Shown in pieces: positions 38,601-49,086 of a stretch of 64,000 nucleotides of DNA (the stretch's first letter is position 1; every line of letters begins with the position of its first letter). A program made the position numbers and the translations under genes. The notes under the pieces are model-generated. The model had not been told where the DNA came from. It did not search any database and saw only the letters and a program-made list of their open reading frames with translations. Source of the DNA: a virus (taxonomy: Duplodnaviria; Caudoviricetes); the IMG/VR virus record IMGVR_UViG_2934377003_000001, positions 13,687 to 77,686 of that record; one strand, given 5' to 3'.

Positions 38601-41600
38601 GGCACCCTCCGCCGGTGCTGGGTGTGGACTTTGCCGCGGGTGTCCAACAGGCCGTCGGCGTGGGCGAGGAGGAGTAGGGCGCGACGGAGGACGTCGCGGG
38701 GCCGGTCTCCGCGGCGGGTGTAGGCGGCGAGGATCGCAGCCGATGTGTCGTCAGGCTGCCAGTGCAGTGGTCGGCGGGGCATGGTGGCCTCCAGATCGGG
38801 GTGCGGGTGGGGGGGGGCGTGCCTGGCCTGGGGATGTCGAGAGGCACGCCCCTTCGTCGGGTGGCGGGTTACTCGTCGTCGGCGGGGTCCCACGTGGCCA
38901 GCGGATCGCGGGCTTCCGTGCTCCACACGTAGGTCGGGCACGGCCACCGGTGCTCACACTCGACGCACAGCCCCGACGTCATCCCGCTGACGACTTCCGC
39001 GCGGTGGGCTTCGGCGATGCGGGCGAGACGGTCGCTCGGATCGTCGGCGAGGACGATGCGGGTGGCGCCGCCGTGACCGTGGACGGCCTTGATGGAGGCG
39101 ACGCTGGGGTGTGGGGTGGTCGTGGGCCAGGTGCCGAGCCAGTGGATGGCGGCGTGGCCGTCGCTGAAGATGGCTCCTTCGGCGACCTTGCCGGTGCCGG
39201 AGACGCCGGAAACGTCGACGTCGCGGTGCAGTTCGAACAGCCGGTGGGCGCTCATGGTCACTTCTCCGTGGTGGTGGGTCCGGTGATGGCGGCTCGGATG
39301 CGGGTGGCGAGTTCGCTGTGGTTGGCGGTCCAGGGGGCGCCTGCGTGGATGAGGTCGGCGAGGTGGTGGACGCGGACGAGCGCAGCCTCGGCGCGTTCCA
39401 GGTCGGGCACGATCGCCTGCACGTGCCGCTTGTTGCCCGCGGCCACGTGCTCCAGCGTCTTGATCCGGCGGTGCGCAGCGTCGAGCTGGTCGTAGAGGGC
39501 GTCCAACTGGTCGCTGGTGAGGGCGTCGAAGGGGATCCGGTCGATCATGCTGCGCTCCGGTGGTCGGGGTCGGGGTTGAGGAGGGCCGCGTCGGATGCGG
39601 CGGCGTGGGTGAGGTGGTCGTGTTGGGCCCGGCGGCGCTGCTCTGCTCCCCGGGCGGATGCCGCGGCCCACAGGAGGAAGGCGGCGCCGGCCAGCCCGGG
39701 GACGGCGAGCCAGGGGTGCCAGGGGAGGGAGGCGACGGCGCTGAGGGTGGAGACGCCGGCGCCGAGGTGGCAGGCGGCAGCCGTCCGCCGAGCCGGGGTC
39801 ATCGGGTCTCGCCTGCGCTCGCGGCGACCAGCGCGGCGACGAAGATCCAGCCCTTGTGCCACGCCTGGTCCATCAGGTAGCCCGCGTTCGGGTCCCGCTT
39901 CAGCCAGCCCGCGTGCCCGGTTGCGGCGGCGAGACGGACGATGCCGCGCGGCTCCTCGTCGCGCCAGTGGCCGCCTTGCCGGTCGGCGATGTAGTGCGTG
40001 CCCGCAGAGATCGCGAGGCCGAGGGCAGCACGCTTCCAGGACAGCCGCATGCCGGTGGCGCGCTGCACTGCGGCGAGGGCGGCGGCTTGGGTGGCCGTGT
40101 AGGTCAGGCAGTGCTTGGCGCAGGCGACGGCGCCCTCACGGTCGGGCTGGCCCTTCACGGTGGCGTGCGCGTCGATCTGGACCCAGTGGTCGGCGACTTC
40201 GTGGGCGGCGACGAGGGCGGCGTAGACGGCGGCGAAGCGGGTGGCGGTCATGGTGGTGGCCTTTCGGGTGGGGCCCCGGCCGGGCGGGCCGGGGCCGGTG
40301 AGGGCAGGTCAGGCGGGTGTGTCGGGGAGTTCGATGCGGGCGGTGACGATCAGCCGCGTACCGGGCGGGAACCGCTTCGCTTCCGCCCAGAAGCCGGGGC
40401 CGGAGACGATCCCGTGGTGCGCCTTCTCGGGGTCTCCTTCAGGGCCCCAGTAGTCCCCGCTCGGCACTCGCTCGCCGTGCATGTTGGTGCGCCACTTGGC
40501 ATGCAGTTCCAGGGCGGTGGTCTGCTCGCGGTTCGTCGGGGACAGGTACTCGTCGGGCTTGTCGTGCTTGCGGCACGTCCAGGTCTTGCTGACGCCTTCG
40601 AGGTCGCGGCGGGCCGTGTACTCGATGTGGCTGGTCTCGCGGCAGCCGTGGGTGGTGCAGGTGCGGGTGTAGGTGCGTCGGCGGCTCATGCGGCTTCCTC
40701 GTAGTCGGGTGCGGGCGGGCGGCGTGCGTAGCGGCATGCTGTGCGGCCTCTCAGGGCCCAGGAGGGGCGCGGGCGACGTCCGGGGCGCCAGAGCCGCCAC
40801 AGGCCGCCCAGCGCCCGCACAGACCCCCGCACGACGGCGTACACGGTGACGGCGGCCGTCCACAGGACGAGCGTCAGCACGGCCGCCATGCCGAGCAGCC
40901 AGAGCCCGCCCGCGACGAGCAGCGTCCACAGCACGTCCAACGCCTCGGCGACCATCACGACGACGCCCCGTCCTGCCGCGCCCCGGCGGCGGGCTCGGGG
41001 AGGCAGACCGTGTAGCCCTTGGCGCGGCAGTCGGAGCAGCGGATGGCCTTGCCCGGGGTGTGCTGCACGGGCGCGACGGCCTGCGTCTCGGTGGCTGTCG
41101 TCTCGTCGGCCACACGACGCAGCGGGTCAGCTGGGGCGTCCAGCAGCTCGCACATGCCGCAGCTGAGGCCGGAAGGGCACGTCTCACGGTGGAGGTCGCG
41201 GACGCGCTTGAGCTTGCGGGTGAGGGCGCCTGCCCCGTCTCCGTACTCGTCGACCATGCAGCGCAGCCGCTTCAGCTCGGCCTCAGCCTCGGCGCGTCGC
41301 CGCTGCTCGTCCTTCCACGCCGCCCGGTACGACTCGCGCTCGCGGGCCACCGTCTCCGTGTTGCGGGCGTGCAGTTCGGCGTCGGCCTCGGCTTGCTCGA
41401 TGCGCTCGTCGGTGTCGTGGCGGGTGGTCGCGGGCAGCACGGCGGCGATCCCGGCGAGCGCCTCCGCACGCGCGTCCGGCGTCAGCGTGTCGCCCCCCGC
41501 GGCCTCCACGACGGCGAGCACCGCGGAGGCGATCGCATCGGGGGCGGACGGGACGGAGGGCGGCAGCGGGACGGCAGAAGCGCGGTCCAGCGCGGCACGC

Positions 41601-43465
41601 AGCGCCGACACCACGGCCGGGGTCCGGATCGTCTCGGGGAGGCGCTGCTCCCAGTAGTCGACCATCTGCCGGATACGGGCCACGACGGCACGCAGCCGGT
41701 CACGCTCCTCCCGCCGCTCGGTGGCAGCGTCGTACCAGTACTGCACGGCCTCAGCCGGGGTGTGCGGGGCGGTCATCGGGGTTCCTCCTGGTGGGTGGGT
41801 AGGGTTCGGGCACCGGCCGCCCGCGCACTTCGACTGCGCGGGCGGCCGGCCAGGGTTCACGGGGTGGCGGACTCGCAGCCGGGGTAGTCGTCTGGCAGTC
41901 GCGGCTCGATGTACGCGTGCCGGTAGTGCGGGATCGGATCGACGGCCGGAAGCAGGACGCGCGCGTGCCGGTCCAGTTCGTTGCCGTCGCGGTCGTAGCA
42001 GACCGGTTCGGCGGTCTCGTACTGCGCCTGCCAGGCAGCGAACTCAACGTCGGTGAGTTCCTTCGGTGGGGTCTCGCCGCCGTACCAGTCCTCGGTGATC
42101 CCGGCCTGCTTCAACTGCTCATCGCCCATCTCGTTGACGATGTGCTCGGTCGCGGCCTGTACCTCGAAACACTCGGGCTGGTCGATGTGCTCGTAGGCGT
42201 CGCGGAGTTCTTCGAGGCAGGCGACCATCCGCTCCTGCCAGGCGACCGGCATGGACTGCATGAGGGTGCGGTGCAGCACCTGGTAGTTGCTGTAGCTGAG
42301 GCTGAACCAGCCGTGGATGGGGCCGTCGGTGCGCTGGTAGGGCTGCTCAGTCATTGGGTCGCTCCTGGTGGTGTGGGTGTCGGATTATGTGCGGTTTCGA
42401 CGCCACCGGTCCTCAAGCGGAACCGGCGGGCAGTGTCGGGTCGTCGCGCCGCGTGTAGGGCTGCGGGACGGGTCCGGGGGTCTGGAACCAGGTGACGGGG
42501 ACCGCGCCGGGCGTGGTCTCGGCGGCGGCCGTGACCGTCCATCCGCCGTCCGCGCGCCGGGTGAACAGGGCGTGGCCGGCGTCGAGCCAGTAGTAGGCGT
42601 CCCGCAGATCCGCAGTGGCGGCGTCAAGCAGGTTGGGCTGCCCGCAGACGCGCCGGTAGTACTGGTCCAGCGCCTCAAGGGCCTGGCGCTTGTCGCCGGT
42701 CAGGGCGATGGCGTCGCCGGTATCTCCGAGGGAGGCGACGAGGACGCCGTCGTAGCAGTCCTCCATGTCGTCGGGGCCGGGGGTGAAGACGCGGCCCGTG
42801 TCGGCGGCGAGTCCGTACCAGTAGCTGCCGGGGGCGTCGTGGGTGGTGTTGGTCATCGGGGTCTCCTTGGCGGGTAGGGTCCGGCGGAGACCCGGCGTGT
42901 TAGAGGCACGCCGGGTCGCCTCGTTCACGGGGTGGGGGCAGCGGTCTTCGCCGCGGCGTGCTGCTCGCACTCCCAGTTGGCGCCGACGTGCTCGCGGTAG
43001 TGGGCCATGGTCATCAGTTCGGTTCGCAGCCCGGCCTTGGCGGCGCGGTCACGGTCACGCTTCGTCGGGTTCATGTGCCGGTGGGCCTGGTCGGCGGTGG
43101 CCAGGACCCAGCCGCTGTCGTCCCTGGCCTCCACGACGGCAACGGCGGCGGCGACGATGCAGCCGCACGGGCGCCGCTCGAACCATCCGCAGGCGTCGAG
43201 CGGAACGTGCTCGCCGTCGACAACGACGGTCAGGTTGGTGGTCATTGCTTCTCCTTCGGGTTGGCTGGTCACAGCGACCAGAGGCTGGGCTGGTGGTGGT
43301 TCAGGTCGAGGGCGGTCTGGCCGTCGCAGTGGACGACTGCGGGTTCGGCCACCCGGGCAGGCGCCGGACGGGCCGGGCGGGGTTGAGTCGGCGGGCACAG
43401 ACCGGTCCGAGGCCGGTGGGCGACGGGCGGCGTAGGCGCCGGCCGCACGCCGTGCAGCGGGACAT
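38597..43465 (-). other. Cluster of hypothetical phage genes (38869-39255, DUF3307-like membrane protein 39799-40251, 40686-40958, 40955-41776, 41857-42354, 42413-42856, 42925-43245)
   Basis: Coupled ORFs with RBSs; AHEVADHWVQ...THYIAD...DQAWH in 39799-40251. Confidence 0.6.
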
Positions 43466-44514
43466 CAGGCGGCCTCCGCGATCTGACCGCTGGACAGCGG
43501 CAGCCCGAACGCGGCGGCGATGACGTGCTCGGCCAGCAGGCAGGGCACGGCGTTGCCGATCTGTTCGAACTGCTTGGTGCGGCTCCCCCGGAACGGGTGA
43601 TCGGCGGGGAACGACTGGAGGATCGCCGCGTCCTGGACGGACAGGCGGATGGTGTCCCGGCGTCCGCCGCGGTAGGCGGGCAGGCTGTCGGCGTCGACGA
43701 TGCGGGTGCAGTCGATCCAGCGTCCGGCGTCGCGTTCGCCGTAGAGGGTGGCGCGGGCACCGGATCCGCCGACGCACGACGGATCGGGCCCGCCGGCTGC
43801 TGTGCCGACAGCGATGGTGAGCGCCGGCCGGGCAGTCATGCCCCAGCCGATCGCGTCGGCCATGGAAATCCACGGCTCCAGCCCGAAGACTTCCTGTACT
43901 TCGGTGACGCCCTTGCGGTACCGGTGGTGCGTGGGCTGCGGCAGCCGGGCCTCCCCGTCCAGGCTGGCGGCGAGAAGGGCACGCACCCGGGTCTGCGCGA
44001 CGCCGTACTCCTCGGCGGACAGTCGGCCGGTCGCCACGCTGTAGCCCTCGGCGCGCAGGAGTTCACCGAGCGCCTCCCACACGGGCAGCACCGTCGGCAC
44101 CTGCTCCAGGAGGATCGTCCGGTACGGGCGGCCGGCGTCCATCGCTTCCAGCGCCCACCGCAGCGGCTCCAGGACCAAGCCGGTCCGCTCGTCGTCGAAG
44201 CCGACGAGCGCCTCCCCGATGTCCTGGCGTGCGGCCAGCCGCCGTGCCAGGCCGAGGACGGTGTCCAGGGCGGCCCTGCCGCGGCCCTTGCCGCCAACGG
44301 AGAACGGCTGGCACGGCGGGGAGCCGATCATGTCGGTGGCGTCGGGGAAGTCTGCGGGCCCGTAGGCGCGGACGTCGCCCTCCACCGTGCGGAGCCCAGC
44401 GGCGCGGCGGGTCTCGCATGCGGCGTGATCGCGTTCGATGCCGGTCACGTCGAGACCGAGACGGGTGGCTCCCACGTCCCAGCCACCGGGACCGGCGAAC
44501 AAGTCGACGATCAT
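43465..44514 (-). CDS. DNA (cytosine-5) methyltransferase
   Basis: DLFAGPGG (motif I), GSPPCQPFS (IV), EQV (VI variant), QTRVR (VIII), LQSFP (IX), QIGNAVP (X). Confidence 0.93.
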   Translation of the reverse strand: MIVDLFAGPGGWDVGATRLGLDVTGIERDHAACETRRAAGLRTVEGDVRAYGPADFPDATDMIGSPPCQPFSVGGKGRGRAALDTVLGLARRLAARQDIGEALVGFDDERTGLVLEPLRWALEAMDAGRPYRTILLEQVPTVLPVWEALGELLRAEGYSVATGRLSAEEYGVAQTRVRALLAASLDGEARLPQPTHHRYRKGVTEVQEVFGLEPWISMADAIGWGMTARPALTIAVGTAAGGPDPSCVGGSGARATLYGERDAGRWIDCTRIVDADSLPAYRGGRRDTIRLSVQDAAILQSFPADHPFRGSRTKQFEQIGNAVPCLLAEHVIAAAFGLPLSSGQIAEAA

Positions 44515-46316
44515 GCGGCCTCCTCCGTGGTGTCGTCGCCGGCGCGGGTGTGGAGGTCCCGCAGCGCGTAGGCGGCCTGCTGCCGGACGACCCCGTTGCC
44601 GAGGGCACGGAGCATGGCGGGCCGTGTGAGGCCGGGCGTGTCGGTGACCCAGCCGTCGGGCAGGCCCATCAGCCATTCGGTGAAGACGGGGCTCAGACGT
44701 CCCAGAGCGTCGGTTGGCCAAGGGGCTCGTCGTCCGAGGACTCGCTCCCAGCGGCGGATGGCGGGTCCGTAGTCGCCCCAGTCGAGGTCGGGTTCGCCTT
44801 CTCGGAGGTCGAGAACTGTTCGACGATCCGCCTGCTGCTGGGCGGCAGATCCTCGTTCGCCGGCAGGTTGTCGGGGCGTTCCCCTGTCGCCAGCTTTGCG
44901 ATCTCCGTCAGGCCGAGGGAGCTGGACTGTCCTCCGCCCGTCCGCCGGCCGTTCCCCGTGGACGAGGTGAGGGCCCTGGTGCTCTTCTCCGTCGCGCTGG
45001 CTGTCGGTGTCGGCAGCAGCTTCGGCGGCGCAGACGGGGCAGTCATCGGGGCAGAATCCGGGCTGTCCGAGTTCGGGGTCGGTGCAGTGAAGGCATCCGT
45101 TGCATAGCCCGTCGGGGGCGTGCTCGGACTTGAGGCAGAGGCAGGTGGGGCAGGTGGTTTCGGCAGGAGCTGCGCTGCCGCGCTCGGCAGCATCAGGTCG
45201 CCCTTGCTGCCGCGCTGGTTCGGTCCGCCCTTCGTTCCGTCCGTGGCTCTGGGGGTCGGCAGCAGCTTCACGGTTATCGCCAGCGGCGTGCCCTGCCCGT
45301 TCCCGTTGATCCCCTTCTCCAGGTTGCGCTGCCGCCTGGCTTCCCAGGACTCCAGCGACTCCCCGTCGTTCGGGTTCGACGCTGCTGGCGTCGGCAGCAG
45401 CTTCACCTGGCCGTCCGAGTTCGGGGTCGGTGCAGCCGTGGCATCCTGCGCAGAATCCTCCGGCGTCGTGCATCCACTCGCCGCATCCGCAGGTCGGGCA
45501 GACGGGCTCGTCGGCGACGGCAGGCAGTTCACGACGACCTCGTTCAGCGGCCGGGAGTTCCGGTCCATCAGGTTCGACTCGCCCGACTTCCAGTCCGGGG
45601 CGGCCGGGGTCGGCAGCATCCGCGCCACCGATTCCAGCATCGGCGAGCGCCGAGCCCGCTCCGATGGGCAGTCGCCGCGGTCCATGTCCGAAGCCTTCGG
45701 TGTCGGAAGCAGCCGGCCAGGCGCGGATGATGATGCGGCGGCGGCGGTGGGGGGCGCCGACTTCGTCCGCGCCGTAGCGGCCCCATTCCGCATCGAACCC
45801 GAGGCTGGCCAGGTCCCCAAGAACGGCTCCGCATGCCCGCAGTACAGGCTCAGCGTGTCCGTCTCCCACGCAGTACGGGCAGGGTTCCATGTCGCTGGCA
45901 GCCGGCGCCGAGAGGAGCCCTTCGACATTTTCGATCACCACGAGTTTCGGTTGGAGGATGGAGATGGCGTGGGCCATGTGGTTCCACAGCCCGGAGCGGG
46001 TTTCGGGGGTAAGGCCAGCGCGGCGGCCAGCCGAAGAGACGTCGGTGCAGGGGAAGCCGCCGGTGAGGATGTCGACCGGCCCGTGCTCGTCGAGGACGCC
46101 CTGCCAGTCGATCTTTGTGATGTCGCCGAGGTTCGGGACGTTGGGCCAGTGCCGGGCGAGGATCTTCGCCGCGTACTGGTTCTTGTCTTCCTTGCCGTTC
46201 TTGTCCGGCGGCTCGTACTGCGAGTGCCAAACGACCTCGGCGTCGTACACGTCCATCACGGCCAGGTCCAGGGCCCCGGTGCCGGTGAACAGGGAGCCGA
46301 TACGCAGCGGGCTCAT
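44511..46316 (-). CDS. DNA (cytosine-5) methyltransferase with a long variable region
   Basis: SLFTGTGA (I), GGFPCTDVS (IV), ENV (VI), HRRRRI (VIII), EWLMGLP (IX), ALGNGVV (X). Confidence 0.9.
   Translation of the reverse strand: MSPLRIGSLFTGTGALDLAVMDVYDAEVVWHSQYEPPDKNGKEDKNQYAAKILARHWPNVPNLGDITKIDWQGVLDEHGPVDILTGGFPCTDVSSAGRRAGLTPETRSGLWNHMAHAISILQPKLVVIENVEGLLSAPAASDMEPCPYCVGDGHAEPVLRACGAVLGDLASLGFDAEWGRYGADEVGAPHRRRRIIIRAWPAASDTEGFGHGPRRLPIGAGSALADAGIGGADAADPGRPGLEVGRVEPDGPELPAAERGRRELPAVADEPVCPTCGCGEWMHDAGGFCAGCHGCTDPELGRPGEAAADASSVEPERRGVAGVLGSQAAAQPGEGDQRERAGHAAGDNREAAADPQSHGRNEGRTEPARQQGRPDAAERGSAAPAETTCPTCLCLKSEHAPDGLCNGCLHCTDPELGQPGFCPDDCPVCAAEAAADTDSQRDGEEHQGPHLVHGERPADGRRTVQLPRPDGDRKAGDRGTPRQPAGERGSAAQQQADRRTVLDLREGEPDLDWGDYGPAIRRWERVLGRRAPWPTDALGRLSPVFTEWLMGLPDGWVTDTPGLTRPAMLRALGNGVVRQQAAYALRDLHTRAGDDTTEEAA
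44693..45928 (-). CDS. Overprinted LLPTP-repeat protein nested in the methyltransferase gene, in a different frame
   Basis: 411-aa ORF with TWPASGSMRNG and 5-7 (L/M)LPTP repeats resembling phage methyltransferase TRD-type repeats. Confidence 0.65.
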   Translation of the reverse strand: MSKGSSRRRLPATWNPARTAWETDTLSLYCGHAEPFLGTWPASGSMRNGAATARTKSAPPTAAAASSSAPGRLLPTPKASDMDRGDCPSERARRSPMLESVARMLPTPAAPDWKSGESNLMDRNSRPLNEVVVNCLPSPTSPSARPADAASGCTTPEDSAQDATAAPTPNSDGQVKLLPTPAASNPNDGESLESWEARRQRNLEKGINGNGQGTPLAITVKLLPTPRATDGTKGGPNQRGSKGDLMLPSAAAQLLPKPPAPPASASSPSTPPTGYATDAFTAPTPNSDSPDSAPMTAPSAPPKLLPTPTASATEKSTRALTSSTGNGRRTGGGQSSSLGLTEIAKLATGERPDNLPANEDLPPSSRRIVEQFSTSEKANPTSTGATTDPPSAAGSESSDDEPLGQPTLWDV

Positions 46317-46623
46317 GCGGCGATTCCTTCCTGCGGCTGGTGGGTCGTGGTGCTGTTGGGGTTGCCGCCGCAGCGGGCGCAGGTGCAGGCGTCCGGCGGC
46401 GGCGTCGGGCCCGAGGCGGCGGTGCCGTCGATGACCCGGAGCAGGGGCCGTCGCGGGCCGCGGGTTTCGAAGCCGACGAGTGCGGCTTCGAGTTCGGCGC
46501 GGTGCGCGGCCTGCTCCTCCGGGGTCCAGGAGGGCCGCGAAGGGGCCTCTCGCGGCCTTTCGGGGCGTGAGTGCCCGAACGTGCCCGTTGGGACGGCTTC
46601 GGCCATCAGGCGCTCGTAGGCGT

Positions 46624-46932
46624 TCATGCGGCGGTCGCCTCGGCTTCCTGGTAGCGGCGGGCGTGGACGGTGCGGCGGGCGCGGCCGTCCTCGTGGCACG
46701 GGGTGGCCAGACCAACCTGGCACTGCGGGCAGCAGGCTGTGGCCTGAGCCCAGTCCGACACCCGCTGCGGGTGCGGCTGGCTGAGGACTGTGTTCCGGGT
46801 GCGGACCCGGCACGGCCGATGCGCGGCAGCCCCGCAGTGCGGGCAGGCGACGGACCGCGCCGGGTGCTGTTTCGCGCGGAGCACGTGCCGCAGGGACTCC
46901 GGCATCTGGGCGGCAGGCTGGCGAGTGGTCAT
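46624..46932 (-). CDS. Double zinc-finger protein
   Basis: CPHC...C...H and CPQC...C...H motifs. Confidence 0.7.
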   Translation of the reverse strand: MTTRQPAAQMPESLRHVLRAKQHPARSVACPHCGAAAHRPCRVRTRNTVLSQPHPQRVSDWAQATACCPQCQVGLATPCHEDGRARRTVHARRYQEAEATAA

Positions 46933-47472
46933 CGACGGCCCCCGTTCACGGCACGGGCGATCAGCAGGGCGTGGTTGCCGTCACACCAGGTGCAGGTGTC
47001 GCCGCCGCGGTCCTCGGGGTCGAGCATGGCCTGGCAGCCCAGCCAGTCGGCCACCTGCTCCATGACCTCGGGGTCCTGCGGCGCGTCGGGCTGGGTGCGC
47101 AGCCGCTGGGCCGCGTTGCTGAACTCGATCTCGGGCTTCACTGGTTCTCCTCTGGCGGGCAGTTGCCGCAGTCGCAGGGCTGGTCGGGGAAGTGCTCGGT
47201 GTTGCGGTAGTGGCGGACCGCCGCATCCCAGGCGGCCTTCGGCAGGTCCCACTCCGGCGGCCGGCCGGGTGGCGAGCTGCCGGTGGGCCAGGCGCCCGGA
47301 CGGTGACCCGGCGGGCTCGGGGCCGCCGCCGGCTTGGCAGGTTCGGTGCGGCGTGCGCGGCCGATGTCGATCTGCGCCCGCATCAGCGCCCGAAGCTCAG
47401 CCCGGCCGCCGGCACGGACCGCCCGCATGTCCTCAACCTGGATGCCGTCGTCGTCCGGGATCTGCGCGTCAC

Positions 47473-48090
47473 TCACGACGCCTCCTCGACGCCGGGACCT
47501 TCGTCCGTCTGGCTGCCGAGGATGCGGGCCGAGGCCGCCTTGCGGCGTTCAATCTCGGCCTGCTCGTCACGGCCAGACCGTGCCGAGTGGGGAGCGCGTT
47601 CCCGACCGCTGTCCATCCGGCAGGGCCTGCCTATCGGTGCTCCGCACGCGGGGCACTCGATGCCCAGCGGGCCCGGACGTCTTACGACGGCCACCTCGTC
47701 CGGGATCTCCCGGCCGACGCCGGCCAGGAGCTCAGCGACAGGACGGCGCTTCATCACCTGACCGTCCGCTGCACGAGTGCGCTGACCACGGAGGGCCGCC
47801 AGGTAGGCCTGGACGTCGTCCGGGTCGGCGTCCGGCACCTCGGCGGGCAGGCCAGGCCCCTGAATGTCGGAGGCGCGGTCGTCCCGGGTGCGTCGGATCT
47901 CCGCAATGATCTCGGCGGGGCTGACGAACGGCTGCTTGCGGGCTACGGCGGCGGCGGCGGCACGGGCATCGGCGAGGGCGAAGTCGGCGAGGACGTCGTG
48001 CCAGGCATCCGGGGTGTACTCGTCGAACTTCTGCTGGGGGCAGAGGGCTCGCACGTAGCGGGCGAGCACTACAGCTTCGTCGGGGGTCAC
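47473..48090 (-). CDS. Helicase loader/inhibitor-like protein with a C-terminal Zn finger
   Basis: Directly downstream of the initiator; DAWHDVL...FVSPAEI; CPAC...C...H. Confidence 0.6.
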   Translation of the reverse strand: MTPDEAVVLARYVRALCPQQKFDEYTPDAWHDVLADFALADARAAAAAVARKQPFVSPAEIIAEIRRTRDDRASDIQGPGLPAEVPDADPDDVQAYLAALRGQRTRAADGQVMKRRPVAELLAGVGREIPDEVAVVRRPGPLGIECPACGAPIGRPCRMDSGRERAPHSARSGRDEQAEIERRKAASARILGSQTDEGPGVEEAS

Positions 48091-49055
48091 TGATCCTCCT
48101 GCATGCGGGACTTGGCGCGCTGCATGGCGCGGTCGAAGAGGTCGTTGGTTTCCTGCTGCTGACGGGGGACGGGGCCGCTCTGCCCGACTGCGGTGGGCAA
48201 GTACGCGATTCCGTTCTGCTCCTCGGGGGCCTCGAGGGTTCGCCAGCCCTGCACCCAGGCGGAGGCCCCGGCCGGTACGCCTTTGAGGCGGGCGGAGTTA
48301 ACGGCGAAGGCGACCATCGCGGCGACGCCGACGCGGTTGATGGCTTGCCGCGTGTACTCCCAGCCGGACTCTCGGAGGTCCCAGCCGACGCCTGCGAGGC
48401 CCGCGTTGGCGATGCCCCGCTTCAGTTCGGCGAGGGGGTCGGGGAGGCCGTCCGCTCGCGGCTCGCTAGCAGCACCAGTACTTCCGTAGGAAGTACTGGG
48501 GTATGGAGTGGCAGCGGCATGGATACCCGTGACGGAAGCGTCACGCCGTGACAACCCGCTCTGACCTGCACTGCTGTCGGAACTTTGAGATTTTTCCGAA
48601 GCACTTTCACTTTTTTTGGAGGACGAATCGAAGGTAAAGTCCTTCGATTCGTCGGCGTTTCCATCGCCTTTTCGGTCGCTGGGACGCCCCCCGCGGGCGC
48701 CCTCGCGGTGCTTCGACTGGCGGTCGCGGGCCTTCTTCCGCTCGGCCTCGGCGCGGGCGCGGGAGGTGTTGCGGCCGTCGTCGAGGAAGTTGTGGAAGAC
48801 ATAGTCGCCGGGCGCCGGGGCGGGGCATCCGTCGGGGCAGTTGTGGCCGTGCTCGTGCCACAGGCCGGCCTTGACGAGCTTGGCCGCCTGCGGCTTGGTG
48901 CCGTACAGCTCGGCGACGACGCCAGGCACGATGCCGTCGGTCAGGTGCTGTGCGGCGTAGGAGCCGCAGCGCAGCCACAGACCGAGCGCAGCGTTCCCAG
49001 CCTTGATCAGCTTCGGGTGGGAGTGCGCCTTGTCGTCGATCCTGAACCAGGGCAT
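48087..49055 (-). CDS. Replication initiator protein
   Basis: MPWFRIDD...HPK...GLW...LTDG N-terminus typical of actinophage replication initiators; low-complexity middle. Confidence 0.75.
   Translation of the reverse strand: MPWFRIDDKAHSHPKLIKAGNAALGLWLRCGSYAAQHLTDGIVPGVVAELYGTKPQAAKLVKAGLWHEHGHNCPDGCPAPAPGDYVFHNFLDDGRNTSRARAEAERKKARDRQSKHREGARGGRPSDRKGDGNADESKDFTFDSSSKKSESASEKSQSSDSSAGQSGLSRRDASVTGIHAAATPYPSTSYGSTGAASEPRADGLPDPLAELKRGIANAGLAGVGWDLRESGWEYTRQAINRVGVAAMVAFAVNSARLKGVPAGASAWVQGWRTLEAPEEQNGIAYLPTAVGQSGPVPRQQQETNDLFDRAMQRAKSRMQEDQ
48475..48660. other. Candidate replication origin inside the initiator gene
   Basis: AT-rich tract 48580-48620; inverted repeats at 48475-48499 and 48622-48653; CGTGAC/GTCACG repeats at 48528-48552. 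Confidence 0.5.
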
Positions 49056-49086
49056 CAGTTCTCCCTGGAGGTTTCGGTGTGGTCCA

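Noticed and set aside
44693-45928. Methyltransferase as a frameshifted pseudogene or assembly error
   Set aside because: The main frame is uninterrupted from motif I to motif X, so no frameshift is required
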